Shown here piece by piece: positions 48,018-59,200 of a stretch of 64,000 bases of DNA. Both the position numbers and the translations under genes were made by a program. The DNA is from Eubacteriales bacterium. Its GTDB lineage: Bacteria > Bacillota > Clostridia > Oscillospirales > CAG-272. The notes beneath the pieces were generated by a model, which saw only the letters and a program-made list of their open reading frames with translations, was not told the origin of the DNA and searched no databases. The stretch covers positions 13,491 through 77,490 of the forward strand of contig JAZQEH010000080.1 in the NCBI GenBank assembly GCA_045538895.1, given 5' to 3'. Each line of letters begins with the position of its first letter. Within the stretch, counting starts at the first letter, position 1.

Positions 48018-48920
48018 TCAGAGTTTTTCAAACAAATCCAGCATCAAATTGTCACGCCATACGTGGTAGACGTATCTGACAGGATATTTACTGCCGTTTT
48101 CTTCATATTTATGGTCATAACCGGGTAGCGGAATGTCAAGCATTTTCGAGCACATGAAGCGGTTGTTTTCGTTCAAAAGCCATGCTACGGCGGTTACGTC
48201 CCATATTACACGTGTCCACGGCTTGCCGCTTGCATAGCTCTCTGCCGCCTTTACGGTATTCTCTGCAAGATACATTGCAAGCGGATTCTTGCCGATTAGA
48301 AAATGCTCAAGTTCATAGCGTGAAACGGTAAACGAACTGACAACTCCCATACAAGGAAGCATTACAAACGGAACTCCGCTGGAAATAACTACTCTTGCCG
48401 CAGCGATATCCTGCTTAAGATTGAATTCTTTTGTATCGTGATAATGAAGTGCATTTGAGCCGAGCCACACCACCACTATATTATCAACGATTTTTCTGTT
48501 AATAAGAATTGCGGAGGCTATATTAGTTATCGCTCCTATCGCCACAACGTAAAGCGGATTTTCAGGTGTGTACTCAAGTGCAATGCGTGCAAGATTGCTT
48601 GCCGCATCCGATATTACAGGGGTATTCTCGTCACGGAGAAAGCGGTGTGAGCCGTTGTACACTTCCCTTTTCACGCCGACAAGGTCAAGCACCTTGAAAA
48701 TCTCGTCATAGCTTTTTTCCATGCCGTCACACGGGTCTGTAGACCTCTCGTTGTGAAACGGCGCGGCATATATCGCACGGACATTGATTTTATCGCTGTT
48801 TTTAAGCATATACGCTATTGCGAATTGGTCATCTATCTCATTATAAGCATCCGTATCAAGCACAGCGTCTATTCTGCCACTTGGCACCGAGAGGTTCTTT
48901 AATCTTTGTTCATGAGTCAT
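48018..48920 (-). CDS. Nucleoside hydrolase family protein
   Basis: DTDAYNEIDD, AIGAITNIASA, EFNL..D..AA, IWD. Confidence 0.8.
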   Translation of the reverse strand: MTHEQRLKNLSVPSGRIDAVLDTDAYNEIDDQFAIAYMLKNSDKINVRAIYAAPFHNERSTDPCDGMEKSYDEIFKVLDLVGVKREVYNGSHRFLRDENTPVISDAASNLARIALEYTPENPLYVVAIGAITNIASAILINRKIVDNIVVVWLGSNALHYHDTKEFNLKQDIAAARVVISSGVPFVMLPCMGVVSSFTVSRYELEHFLIGKNPLAMYLAENTVKAAESYASGKPWTRVIWDVTAVAWLLNENNRFMCSKMLDIPLPGYDHKYEENGSKYPVRYVYHVWRDNLMLDLFEKL

Positions 48921-48937
48921 TTCGGTTTTTCCTTTCG

Positions 48938-49924
48938 TTAAAATATACCAACCGCTTTAAGTAAAAACGAAGCCGCAAAAATTGACAGTGCCGAAATCAA
49001 AGTCGTCCACACTACAATTTGCCCTGCAAGCGTTGTATCGCCGCCCATCTCCTGTGCCATAGGTACGCTTGAAACTGCAACGGGAGTTGTAAACACGCTT
49101 ACAAAAGTCGCAAAATGTGCACCAGTAAAACGATTTGCAAAAAGCAGATACGCTACACCAAGCCCTATTGCAGGGACGGCAAGATTGCGGACAAATACAC
49201 CGAAGGCTATCTCACGGCGAAGTGCCGTTACCGAAGAGAACTCGAACTGTGCACCGAGTGCAACAAGAGCAAGCGGTGTCGCCGTGCGTGAAAGATATTC
49301 AAGTGCCGTATATACGGGAGTGATGTCGCGAAGCCGGAATTCAATACCGTTTTTTACAAAAGCAGCACGCAAAACCAAAGTAATCAGTCCCAAAGCAATG
49401 GCATCTATCAAAGGATTTTTCGCTATGCCCAAAAGCACCTTTCCAATGCTTGCCTTTCCGCCGCTCGGATTATTGGCAGACAAAGAAACAACCGCAAGTG
49501 CGTTGAATACGGGAATTATAATTGCCGACAGCAAAGTCGCCGCCATTATGCCTTCTTCACCGAAAAGCGATTCGGAAAGCGGTATGCCTACAAGGGCATA
49601 GTTTGAACGAAACACCGTCTGAAGCAAAACACCCCTATACGATTTTTCCTTTGTAAAGCACGAAACGATGGGTATAAAAATCAAAAACATACCTACCACC
49701 GCCGTAACCGCATATACGGCAAAGCCAATATCTATTGCACCGAGGTCTTCGATTTTATAAACGTTTAAAAACAGCATTGCAGGCAAAAACACACGGAATA
49801 CAATGCGGTTTGCCGTCTTGGCAAAATCCGCAGTGACAAGCCCGCTTGTTTTAATTAAATATCCGATCGCAACCATAATCACTATAGGTGCAACCGCATT
49901 TATCGCAAATATTAACGACTCCAT
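48938..49924 (-). CDS. AEC family transporter
   Basis: FRVFLPA, RSNYALVGIP, KNPLI, TPLALVALG, PVAVSS. Confidence 0.85.
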   Translation of the reverse strand: MESLIFAINAVAPIVIMVAIGYLIKTSGLVTADFAKTANRIVFRVFLPAMLFLNVYKIEDLGAIDIGFAVYAVTAVVGMFLIFIPIVSCFTKEKSYRGVLLQTVFRSNYALVGIPLSESLFGEEGIMAATLLSAIIIPVFNALAVVSLSANNPSGGKASIGKVLLGIAKNPLIDAIALGLITLVLRAAFVKNGIEFRLRDITPVYTALEYLSRTATPLALVALGAQFEFSSVTALRREIAFGVFVRNLAVPAIGLGVAYLLFANRFTGAHFATFVSVFTTPVAVSSVPMAQEMGGDTTLAGQIVVWTTLISALSIFAASFLLKAVGIF

Positions 49925-50160
49925 ACACTACCTCTTGCATTGTTTTTTAATATTTTATCACATGTCTTTATAAAAGGCAATGAAATGTTTAGGGGAGTAA
50001 CGAAGGCGTTCTTTCTTAAAAAGAAAGAACCAAAGAAAAACTGTAAAATATTTAATAAGAAGCCGTGGCTACAGACAAAATTCTTTTACAAAAAGGTTTG
50101 GAGGTGTGGGAACCTTTCCTTAAAAGGTTCCGACATCATTCCCATAAACAATACCCCAGC

Positions 50161-50189
50161 AAAAAATCCGCCCGAAAGGCGGATTTTTT
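50161..50189 (-). terminator. Terminator after the serine hydrolase gene
   Basis: aaaaaatccgcc-cgaaa-ggcggatttttt. Confidence 0.8.
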
Positions 50190-50190
50190 G

Positions 50191-51219
50191 TTATCTATTT
50201 AAATCTTTTGCAATCGCTATATGCAAATTCTTGCGGAACTCCGCACAGTTTTTACTGCAATCCTTACCGTTTAATGCCGCATAGTGAGCACTGTTTGAAA
50301 GTGAAACCACATAAATGTCTTTTTCAAAATCAGCAAAGCATTCTGTGCCGCTGAAGCCCGTGTGACCTACGCTCCCGTTTGAATAAAGTCCGCCACCCTG
50401 TTCATATCGCTCATCGGCATACACGTATCCGAGAGCTCTGCCAAAGGTGAGGTGAGGACCGTAATCCTTTGTACCTTTTGCAAAGGTTTCCTCACTGATA
50501 AGCGTGCTGTGACGGTTTAAAAGCGACTGACCGAAAACGGTCATATCGTCGATGCAGGAAAACACTCCGGCATTACCGCTTACGCCGTAAAGACGGCGGC
50601 AGTTATCATCAGAACATTTGTTATCACCCTCATAATTCTTTCGTGTGCAACGTACAATGTTTTCATCTTCGGGATGATTGAACATTGTGTTTTTAAGTCC
50701 GAGTGGGCGTACAATGCGGTCATCAAAAAGACGGTCAAGGGGCTTGTTATATACCTTTTCAAGTATAAAACCTAAAATGATAAACGCACTGCATGAGTAG
50801 AAATAGTCGCTGCCGGGTTCAAACAAAAGCGGATGCGAAAGCTGAAATGCCGCACAATCGTCTCGGCGGAAAGGACCGAAGTATTCGGGATTAATGTATC
50901 TTCCCATTCCGCTTTGGTGAGAAAGTAGCATCCAGAGCGGCAATACCTTTTTATCCTCCGGTGCATTCGGAAAATACTTTCCTACGGTATCATCGGGCGA
51001 TACAAGCCCCTCATCCATAGCCATATAGAAAAGAGGTGTCGTAGCCATGATTTTGGATACCGACATCATGTCGTAAACGGTTTGACCGTTGAGTACATCG
51101 CCGCGGTCTGATGCAAAAAAGCGATAGGTTTCTCCCTTGCTGTTACCGATAGCGACTGCTACATCGCCGGCACCGCCGTTTGCAATCCAGTTTTTAATAA
51201 ATTCTTCTGTATGTTTCAT
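50191..51219 (-). CDS. Serine hydrolase, beta-lactamase class C-like, cytoplasmic
   Basis: SVSK (SxxK), LLSHQSG, FYSC, GNAGVFS, GHTGFSG; ATGA overlap with the upstream gene and GGAGA RBS. Confidence 0.85.
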   Translation of the reverse strand: MKHTEEFIKNWIANGGAGDVAVAIGNSKGETYRFFASDRGDVLNGQTVYDMMSVSKIMATTPLFYMAMDEGLVSPDDTVGKYFPNAPEDKKVLPLWMLLSHQSGMGRYINPEYFGPFRRDDCAAFQLSHPLLFEPGSDYFYSCSAFIILGFILEKVYNKPLDRLFDDRIVRPLGLKNTMFNHPEDENIVRCTRKNYEGDNKCSDDNCRRLYGVSGNAGVFSCIDDMTVFGQSLLNRHSTLISEETFAKGTKDYGPHLTFGRALGYVYADERYEQGGGLYSNGSVGHTGFSGTECFADFEKDIYVVSLSNSAHYAALNGKDCSKNCAEFRKNLHIAIAKDLNR

Positions 51220-54200
51220 TTTGTCTCCGTTAAGATACCAAGCCACTTATTATATGTAGCAACGTTTACGGTCATTGACTCACCTGTGAGAACGTTTCCG
51301 CCCATCACAACGTATGGCACGAATAAAATATTCTTTTCAAAATTCTGCTTGTCGATATTTGTAATAAGTGCGTAAAATTCACCGTTTGCCGCCAAAAGTT
51401 CATCAAGCTTGCCGCTTTCAAGCGTAACCTTTTCGTTGGTTGTTACGTTGTAAACGTAAATACCGAATGCTTCAATTACGTCTTTGCAATCGCTGTAGTT
51501 TTCTATGCTCGCATTGAGCGAAATCGTACCTGTCTGCTCCAAAGCTTCTGCACTTGCTGCATAGTAGCCTGCATCAGCAACAGTAGTAAACTCTGCAGTC
51601 TTCGAAAGTGCTTCTATAATAGCCGATACGTCATCGGTTTCGCTGCGGTAGAGTGCATCACCGTCGGTGATATATCCCATATGTGCAAAGCTTACAGAAG
51701 TTTCTTCTGCACTTGCAAATTTGCAGGAATCCGGCTCAAAGAGATATGCAACAAGATAAGCATCGGAAGTATTCATTGTAACTGCATATGCACCGTTTTC
51801 AAACGTAACGTCTGCGGCTTCTGCCATAGTTACTGCCGCCGAAGAAGTCTGAGCACTTGCAATGCCCTCATACTTACGAAGTGTAAGAGTTGCACCGTCA
51901 CGGAGCTTTGTATACTTGATACCGTGCATATCGAGAAGCGAAAGTACCTTGTCGATATTTTCCGCATCAGCATCCACAACGTATGCGGTAGGAAGTGTAC
52001 GAAGTGCAGAAACAGTATCAAAGAAGCTATAGTTCTTTGTGTTGTTCTCGTCCTTGTAGGTACCGTCAACAAAAACGGTGGGACGAGGCATGGTCAAAAG
52101 AGAGGTTCCGCTCTTTGATGTCTTTGCGGCAAATGCAAAAGCATCATCGAACTTAGTGTTGCTTTCCATCTTTGCACGTGCTGCATATACGTCTGCCGCT
52201 ATTGCACCGTCAGCCTCGATAAACTCTGCAACAAGCGACTTGAGTGCAGTTTTCATTGCAAATACTGCACGCTCATGTCTGTCTTTACCTGCCCACAAAC
52301 GCATAGTTTCAACGATAAATCCATAAGAGCCGCGGAGCGAGGGGTAATTTGTAGAGCTTACGGGAGCAGTCTGCTCTGAATAGTAAATGCTCGGACGGAG
52401 ACCGCTTGCTCTTGTTGCCTCAATAGCATCAAGCATGATCTCGATACCCTTTTGAGAAAGCAGATTATCGGTCTTGTTTGCAAATGCATTCAAGTCATAA
52501 AGCGGAGAGTTCTGAACTCCGGAGTAGCGAATACATACATCGTCCATATTTTCAATAGAATAGTCGCTTGCATCGGCAGCAAGTGTACCGCTATCTTCAT
52601 GACAGTCTATTGTGATAGTAGGCATAAAGCTCTTGTAAACATAAACCTGATGCTGTGTTGAGGGGAGGAAGAGTGAAACAAGGTCACGGTTTGGGTTGAT
52701 GCCGTCAGCCGTAAGTCTCTTGAAACGCTGATTGTTGTCAATGCTTACAACAGGCATCATAACGATTGCACCGAAATGGTCAAGCACCTCTTCGCCGTAC
52801 TCGCCACAAAGCTCGCTTGCAAAGAAGAGTGCCCCCTCGGGACCTGCAGGCTCGTTACCGTGAACACCTGCGGTGATCATAAGTATTTCACGCTCGCCTT
52901 TAGCACGGATTGCCGCTGCAACCTCGTCAAAGCTTGCACCGTCTGCTACGGTATCCTTTGTGAACACCATTACAGGCCATTCATTGCCCATTGCACTTGT
53001 TTCAAAGGGATAGAATACATGGAGATATTCGCTTCTTTCATCAAGTGTTGCAACGTAGCTGCAGATAACACTGTTTGTAAGGAACGCACGTCTGCCCATA
53101 TGAGTTGCAAGAGTTTCGGCTGCGGTGTAGCCAACAAGGTTGTCTGTTGCATAAAGTGCCATAACCTCGTCTGTTGTGATTGCAGATACGTTTTCCATGT
53201 AAGAGTTTTCAACGAAAGGCTCAAGTCCGCACTCATAAGTAAGAGATGCAGCCTTGCCGCTTACATAGAAGTATTTGAGGTCATAATCGCTACCGCCGTT
53301 GCCGTAGTAGACCTTGTAATAGTAAAGTCCGGGAGTTACATCAGCCTCGGCATAGTTGATACCGTTTTCTGTGCCCTTTGTGAGCGTAACGGCAACACGG
53401 TCAGCCTCTGTAGAAAGTCCCTTTGTCATTACGATTTTCGGCTGAGTCTTGTCGGTGCCGAGAGGATTGTAATAGTAAACCTTTACATGTGTGGTGTCAT
53501 AGCGGTCGGTATATCTTAATGTAAACTTAACCGTATCGCCGACAGTTTTAACTATAGTATCGGTTTGATCTACGGGTGTGTAGGTAACTTCTGCAGTAGT
53601 AGTTGCATCGTTTACAACTATATAGTCATGCTTATGTGTGGGAGCACCATTCAGCATAAGCTCAACGCTGCCGCTCATTTTATCGGTAGTGATGTTGCCG
53701 TCAGAGGGGAGCGTAACTCTGCCGCCACCAACGAAATCGCTTGCACTTACACTGCCGCCGAGTGAAAGACTCTTGCCGCCTGTGAGGTCGATCACTGCGG
53801 TATCGGAAACACTACCCACATTACCGCTTTTAAGTGTGATTTCGTAATTATCAGTACCTGCGGTAATTGCACCTGCAATATCAGCACCGTCTAAAAGCAC
53901 TATTGCTTTGCCGCCGACTGCGCCGCTGTCACCGCCCTTACCGGTGATGCCGTAAACTGTGGAAGCAGTATAGTAGCCTACCTTACCACCGTAAGCGTTA
54001 ACGGTGGTATCACCGCTTACGTTACCGCTGCGTGTGCCTGCGGTAAGGTTAACGGTAACGGTACCGCCGTAGATTTCGGTAGTGGAATTACCTGCAACGC
54101 TACCTGTGTAACCGCCGCCGTAAACATTACCTGCGATATGTACATTGTCCTTGATAACGGTCTTTACGTTACCGGTAACTGTGCCGCTCTGTGCACCTGC

Positions 54201-55160
54201 ACATACGTATACGGAACCTGTAGGATGTGCAACGGTTGCGTTCTCACGCAAGGTAAGTGTGATGCCGTTTGTAGTTGTGATTTTGCCAAGCCAGCCACCA
54301 CCGTATATATTGCGGTTGATGTCGGCATTGCCGAAGATATCAATGGTAACGTCTGCGGTGGTAGTAATATTGTTAGCCGCCGATACACCCTGTATAAGTG
54401 CATTTACAACAGCATTGCCGCCGACGTTGATTTTTATTGTACCGTTAAAGGTACGTGCAGTACCGCCGTTTGAACCGACGTTACCGCCGATAACACCAAG
54501 GGATGTGCCACCAATAGTATTATGCTCAACAACAGCGTTGCCACCGATATTTACAGTAGCATTACCGGTGTAATTGCCGGACCAGCTACCGCCCGAAAGA
54601 GTTACAAGTACGGTACCGCCGGTAAAATCAACTGTACTGTCACCGGTAAATGCACCTGTATAGTTAGCACCGTAAATGTTACGCCACGTGCCGCCCTTAA
54701 CGGTAACGTGGCTGCCGCTTGTGCAGGCAGTTGAATACTTACCGCCCACGATTACGGGGTAAACAAGTGCAGTACCGTCGGTAGTACACACAACGCCCTC
54801 GCCCATGGTAATGGGATTACCGTTTGCTACAATGTTACGCTGCGAAGTTGAAGCGTTATGAATTATGATATCGTCAAACTCGGTTTCGCAAGCAAGCGTG
54901 AGCGTGCCGGAAAGCTTGAGCTTGGCTTTGTTTTCGGAAGTGATAAACAGTTTGCCGCCCGATGAAAGGGTAGATGCAGGAACCGCAGTATCACCCGAAA
55001 CGATAATCGTACCGCCGTTTTCAAGTGCCGCCGCTGCACTCACAAGGTCGGAGTACTGACCGGCTGACGGGTTTGTACCGTTAACATAAACGGTTTCTGC
55101 CGCACTTACAGTCAGTGCAAGCACAAGAACCAACAAAAACAGTGTTAATAATCTTTTCAT
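51216..55160 (-). CDS. Secreted M14 zinc carboxypeptidase-family protein with beta-solenoid N-terminus (paralog A)
   Basis: Signal peptide MKRLL after GGAGGT; xYGGG repeats; VHGNEPAG, NPNRD, IDCHE, FIVE, PTAYVV. Confidence 0.8.
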   Translation of the reverse strand: MKRLLTLFLLVLVLALTVSAAETVYVNGTNPSAGQYSDLVSAAAALENGGTIIVSGDTAVPASTLSSGGKLFITSENKAKLKLSGTLTLACETEFDDIIIHNASTSQRNIVANGNPITMGEGVVCTTDGTALVYPVIVGGKYSTACTSGSHVTVKGGTWRNIYGANYTGAFTGDSTVDFTGGTVLVTLSGGSWSGNYTGNATVNIGGNAVVEHNTIGGTSLGVIGGNVGSNGGTARTFNGTIKINVGGNAVVNALIQGVSAANNITTTADVTIDIFGNADINRNIYGGGWLGKITTTNGITLTLRENATVAHPTGSVYVCAGAQSGTVTGNVKTVIKDNVHIAGNVYGGGYTGSVAGNSTTEIYGGTVTVNLTAGTRSGNVSGDTTVNAYGGKVGYYTASTVYGITGKGGDSGAVGGKAIVLLDGADIAGAITAGTDNYEITLKSGNVGSVSDTAVIDLTGGKSLSLGGSVSASDFVGGGRVTLPSDGNITTDKMSGSVELMLNGAPTHKHDYIVVNDATTTAEVTYTPVDQTDTIVKTVGDTVKFTLRYTDRYDTTHVKVYYYNPLGTDKTQPKIVMTKGLSTEADRVAVTLTKGTENGINYAEADVTPGLYYYKVYYGNGGSDYDLKYFYVSGKAASLTYECGLEPFVENSYMENVSAITTDEVMALYATDNLVGYTAAETLATHMGRRAFLTNSVICSYVATLDERSEYLHVFYPFETSAMGNEWPVMVFTKDTVADGASFDEVAAAIRAKGEREILMITAGVHGNEPAGPEGALFFASELCGEYGEEVLDHFGAIVMMPVVSIDNNQRFKRLTADGINPNRDLVSLFLPSTQHQVYVYKSFMPTITIDCHEDSGTLAADASDYSIENMDDVCIRYSGVQNSPLYDLNAFANKTDNLLSQKGIEIMLDAIEATRASGLRPSIYYSEQTAPVSSTNYPSLRGSYGFIVETMRLWAGKDRHERAVFAMKTALKSLVAEFIEADGAIAADVYAARAKMESNTKFDDAFAFAAKTSKSGTSLLTMPRPTVFVDGTYKDENNTKNYSFFDTVSALRTLPTAYVVDADAENIDKVLSLLDMHGIKYTKLRDGATLTLRKYEGIASAQTSSAAVTMAEAADVTFENGAYAVTMNTSDAYLVAYLFEPDSCKFASAEETSVSFAHMGYITDGDALYRSETDDVSAIIEALSKTAEFTTVADAGYYAASAEALEQTGTISLNASIENYSDCKDVIEAFGIYVYNVTTNEKVTLESGKLDELLAANGEFYALITNIDKQNFEKNILFVPYVVMGGNVLTGESMTVNVATYNKWLGILTETK
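51238..51680. repeat. Near-identical direct repeat, copy 1 (3' end of M14 paralog A)
   Basis: Colinear with 56308-56750 at a constant offset of 5070, with scattered mismatches. Confidence 0.9.
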
Positions 55161-55313
55161 CTTTACCTCCACGGATAAAAATATTTATACAAGTATCATT
55201 GTATCATTGCGTTCTGTATATGTCGAGGTAGTTTTAAAACGAAAAAGGTATTTTTCGGCAAAATTATTGTATTTTTTAAACACGTCTGTTACAATGAAAA
55301 TGGAGGTGCAGAT

Positions 55314-56132
55314 ATGGCGAAAAAATACTACTCACTTCAAAGAATGACCAGAGGACTGGCTTTTTTCTTCGTTACAGGATTTATAAGGCAACAAATGCGT
55401 GACTATTCAGGCACTCCGCGCAAAACGCATGCCTTTGTTTACGTATCATGCGAACACTTGGATTTTCAGCTTGCAAGCGGTGAGAACTATGAATTTAAAA
55501 AAGGTACTTTTTTGTATTTACCTATGGATATTTGCTACAGTACAAAGGCTTACGGAGTTGAAAAAGGCGGCTACGCATGCCTGCTTATTACCTTTAACCT
55601 ACGCAATCAACACGGTGATGAATACTATATCTCCGACTTGCCTACGGTCTTGCTTGAAGAAACTCCCGAAAGTGTCATCAAAAATATGCTTGAAATAGCC
55701 GATGCCTCGGTAAATCTGGTTTACCCAACTTTCCCTATCGCAAAATGTTTTTCCGAAATGCTCGAAACGGTATCGGGACACATGTGGCTACCCGAAAACG
55801 AGAGCAAAGAAAAGCGAAAGGTATTCCCTGCGCTTTATTATCTCGACCAGCACCTGAACGAGGATGTTTCAATTACCTCACTTGCAAAAATGTGCAGAAT
55901 GAGCGAAACCGCATTCCGCCGTGCATTTACCGAAGCTACCGGAGTTTCGCCCGTACAGTACAAAGTGCAGCTTCGCATAAAAAAAGCCAAGGAGCTTATA
56001 CGCTATTCCCCCGACATATCCACGGATATACTTGTGGACACACTCGGCTTTACAGATGCTTCATACTTTTACAAGGTTTTTGAAAAAACAACCGGCGAAA
56101 CGCTGAAACAGTACCGTAAAAAATACCGCTAA
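55314..56132 (+). CDS. AraC family transcriptional regulator, divergent from M14 paralog A
   Basis: LAKMCRMSETAFRRAF, GVSPVQY, LGFTDASYFYKVF. Confidence 0.85.
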   Translation: MAKKYYSLQRMTRGLAFFFVTGFIRQQMRDYSGTPRKTHAFVYVSCEHLDFQLASGENYEFKKGTFLYLPMDICYSTKAYGVEKGGYACLLITFNLRNQHGDEYYISDLPTVLLEETPESVIKNMLEIADASVNLVYPTFPIAKCFSEMLETVSGHMWLPENESKEKRKVFPALYYLDQHLNEDVSITSLAKMCRMSETAFRRAFTEATGVSPVQYKVQLRIKKAKELIRYSPDISTDILVDTLGFTDASYFYKVFEKTTGETLKQYRKKYR

Positions 56133-56140
56133 TTCAAAAG

Positions 56141-56270
56141 AGCAAGTAACGGCAAGGGTTTTTAAGCCCTTGCCGCATTTTGTTCTTAATACAAAGTGAA
56201 AAATTATTTCTTTTTATTCGCTTTGCGTTTATTCTTACTTGCGGTCTGACGCGTTTGTCAGCACTCTGAA
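56141..56270. repeat. Second, partial copy of the MITE-like element
   Basis: agcaagtaacggcaa...aagcccttgccgcattttg...tacttgcggtctgacgcgtttgtcag..ctctgaa, colinear with 32631-32760. Confidence 0.8.
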
Positions 56271-56294
56271 GAGGCTCACATCAGTGAGCCTCTT
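56269..56294. terminator. Terminator between the convergent AraC and M14 paralog B genes
   Basis: aagaggctcac-atca-gtgagcctctt followed by tt. Confidence 0.75.
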
Positions 56295-56297
56295 TTG

Positions 56298-59200
56298 TTA
56301 CTTTGCACCAAGCCACTTGTTATATGTAGCAACGTTTACGGTCATTGACTCACCTGTGAGAACGTTTCCGCCCATCACAACGTAAGGCACAAATAAAATA
56401 TTCTTTTCAAAATTCTGCTTGTCGATATTTGTAACAAGTGCGTAAAATTCACCGTTTGCCGACAAAAGTTCATCAAGCTTGCCGCTTTCAAGTGTAACCT
56501 TTTCGTTGGTTGTTACGTTGTAAACGTAGATACCGAATGCCTCGATTACGTCTTTGCACTCGCTGTAGTTTTCTATGCTTGCATTGAGCGAAATCGTACC
56601 TGTCTGCTCCAAAGCTTCTGCACTTTCTGCATAGTAGCCTGCATCTGCACTCGCAGCAAACTCTGCGGTCTTCGAAAGTGCTTCTATAATAGCCGATACG
56701 TCATCGGTTTCGCTACGGTAGAGTGCATCATCACCCGTGATATATCCCATATTAGTAAGACTGTGCATATGTTCTGCCGCACTTGTATACGGAAAACTGT
56801 CAGGCTCAAAGAGATATGTAATGAAATACGAATCGGAAGTATCGAGTGTGACCGCATATGCACCGTTTTCAAACGTTACCTCCTCGGCTGCACCGATAGT
56901 AACCGCCTCATTGCCAGAATTTACGGTATCAAGGCCCGAATACTTACGAAGCGTAAGCGTTGCACCGTCACGAAGCTTTGTATACTTGATGCCATGCATA
57001 TCGAGAAGTTCAAGCACAGTTTCAATATCCGCTTCATCTGCGGGGATAACATATGCGGTAGGCATTGCTATAAAGTCGCTTACGGTATCATGATGTGTAA
57101 ATGTTACGATATCGGTTCCCTTCACGGTACCGTCAAGGAAAATCGAGGGGCGTTCGAACGTATATTTAAGATCGCCGCTTGCGGTGGTGTTTTTCGCAAA
57201 AATATTGTTTTCATCAAACTCGGTTATAACTGCCGCATTTCTGCCATTGTACACGTTTTGTGCAAGTTCACCTTCATAGCTTGCAACCTCGCTTGCAATA
57301 GTCTGGATTGCGGTTTGCATTGAGAAAACGCTACGCTCGTAGCGATCCTTGCCGCTCCAGATTCTCATGGACTCAATAAGGAATCCGTATGAGCCTCTCG
57401 CCTGTGCGTATACCCATGAGGTATTTGGCTTTGCGTTGGGAAAATAATAAAGTGCCGAACGGAAACCGTCTTCGATAAGTGAATCAATAGAGTCAAGTGC
57501 TATTTTTTGACCGAGTTGTTCGGAAACGGGAGCAGTTCCATCTGCGATGCCGTTTATGTCAATAATAGGTGAATTGAACACGCTTGCATAGCGGATCACC
57601 GCATCATCAAAATGCGAAAGTTTATTTGTGCCGCCGTAAGAAACCGAATAGTCACTATCCGAAACAGTCAACGTTCCCGTATCGGTATGGCAGTCGATAT
57701 AAACGGTGGGCATGAAAGTTTTATAAACGTAAACCTGATTCTGCGTACCCTCACCCGTGAGTTGCATAAGGTCACGCTGGGGATTGATTCCATCGAGATT
57801 TAAACGTTTGAAACGCTGTGCGTTATCTGCACTTACACTCGGATAAACGATAATCGCACCGTATGAGTTCATTATAGTTTCACCGTATGAACCCGTAAGC
57901 GAATTCGCAAACGCAAGTGAACCCTCAATACCTACAGGCTCATTACCGTGTACTCCGCCCGATACCATGAGTATTTCACGCACTCCGCCGCTTTGTACTA
58001 TCTCACCGATTTCATCAAAGCTTGTGCCCGCAGGAACAGCGTCCTTTGTAAATACAAGCACGGGGTACTTATTGCCCATTGCACTTTCTGCAAAAGGATA
58101 ATAAACGTACAAATAGTCACACTTTGCATCAAGTGCATCCGCATATTCGCAAAGTTCATCATTTGTCATAAACTGACGGTCACTTGCGGTATGCTTTGTA
58201 AACGTAGGAGTGTCAAGAGATGTATAGTTATTAAGAGTTGCAACTGTTAAGAAGTTGTTAAGCACCTCATCGGTAGTTGTTGCCGTATACGGCTCCATAT
58301 AGTTATCGGCAACGTAAGGCTCATAGGGCTGGTCAAAGTTCATAAACTCAGCCTTGCCCGAAACGTAGAAGTGCTTGATATGGTAATCACTTCCGCCGCT
58401 ACCGTAATAAACCTTATAGTAGTAAATACCCGGTTCAAGGAAAGCCTCGGCATACTTTTTGCCGTTTTCCGTGCCAAACGTGGGCGAAAGCTTTACTCTT
58501 TTATCCGAGGAGGAAAGTCCACTGTAAAGCACAAGGCTTGGCTGTATTTCGCCCTCTCCGTTAGGATTGTAATAGTCGATATGAACCTTTACTGTTTCAA
58601 AACGTTCAGGATACGTAACTGTGTATGCAATCACACCGTTACCAACGGTTTTAGTTAGAATTTCATCCGAGGTAGCGGTATATTCAACTACACCCGTGCT
58701 ATCAATATCATTAACCGTGATATACGTATGATTTGCTTCGGGAGTGCCTGAAATTACAAGTTCAACGTTGCCGCTGAAAGTATCGGTTGTGAGAGTACTA
58801 CCGCTACCGAGAGTGAGCGTTCCGCCACCGATTACGTTTGATGCCGTAATATCGCCGCCGATAGAAAGCTCTTTGCTACCAGTAAGGTCGATAACGGACT
58901 TATCGGGAGCACTGCCCGCACTGCCACTCTTCAAGGTGACGTTACCGCTTGCACCCACGCCGACTGTTGCCGCACCCGCAACGGTTGCACCGTCAAGCAC
59001 AACAGCCGCAGTTCCGGTAACCTTTCCGTACTGGGTTGCACTCGAATAACCTCCGTTACCTCGAAGCGAGAAGTTACCGCTTGGGCTAAAGCCTATTCTG
59101 CCGCCGTAAGCAACGGTGGTTGTATTGCCATTAACCGTGCCTATACGGGTTCCCGCTGTAAAGTTTACATTTACCGTACCGCTGTAAAGTTCGGCAACCG

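Noticed and set aside
49940..50284. 114-aa plus-strand ORF
   Set aside because: Spans hairpins and a terminator, Lys/Phe-biased, no RBS or motif
17301..51219. MBL-fold and SxxK proteins as antibiotic-resistance beta-lactamases
   Set aside because: Neither has a signal peptide and both sit in metabolic contexts; fold membership alone is insufficient
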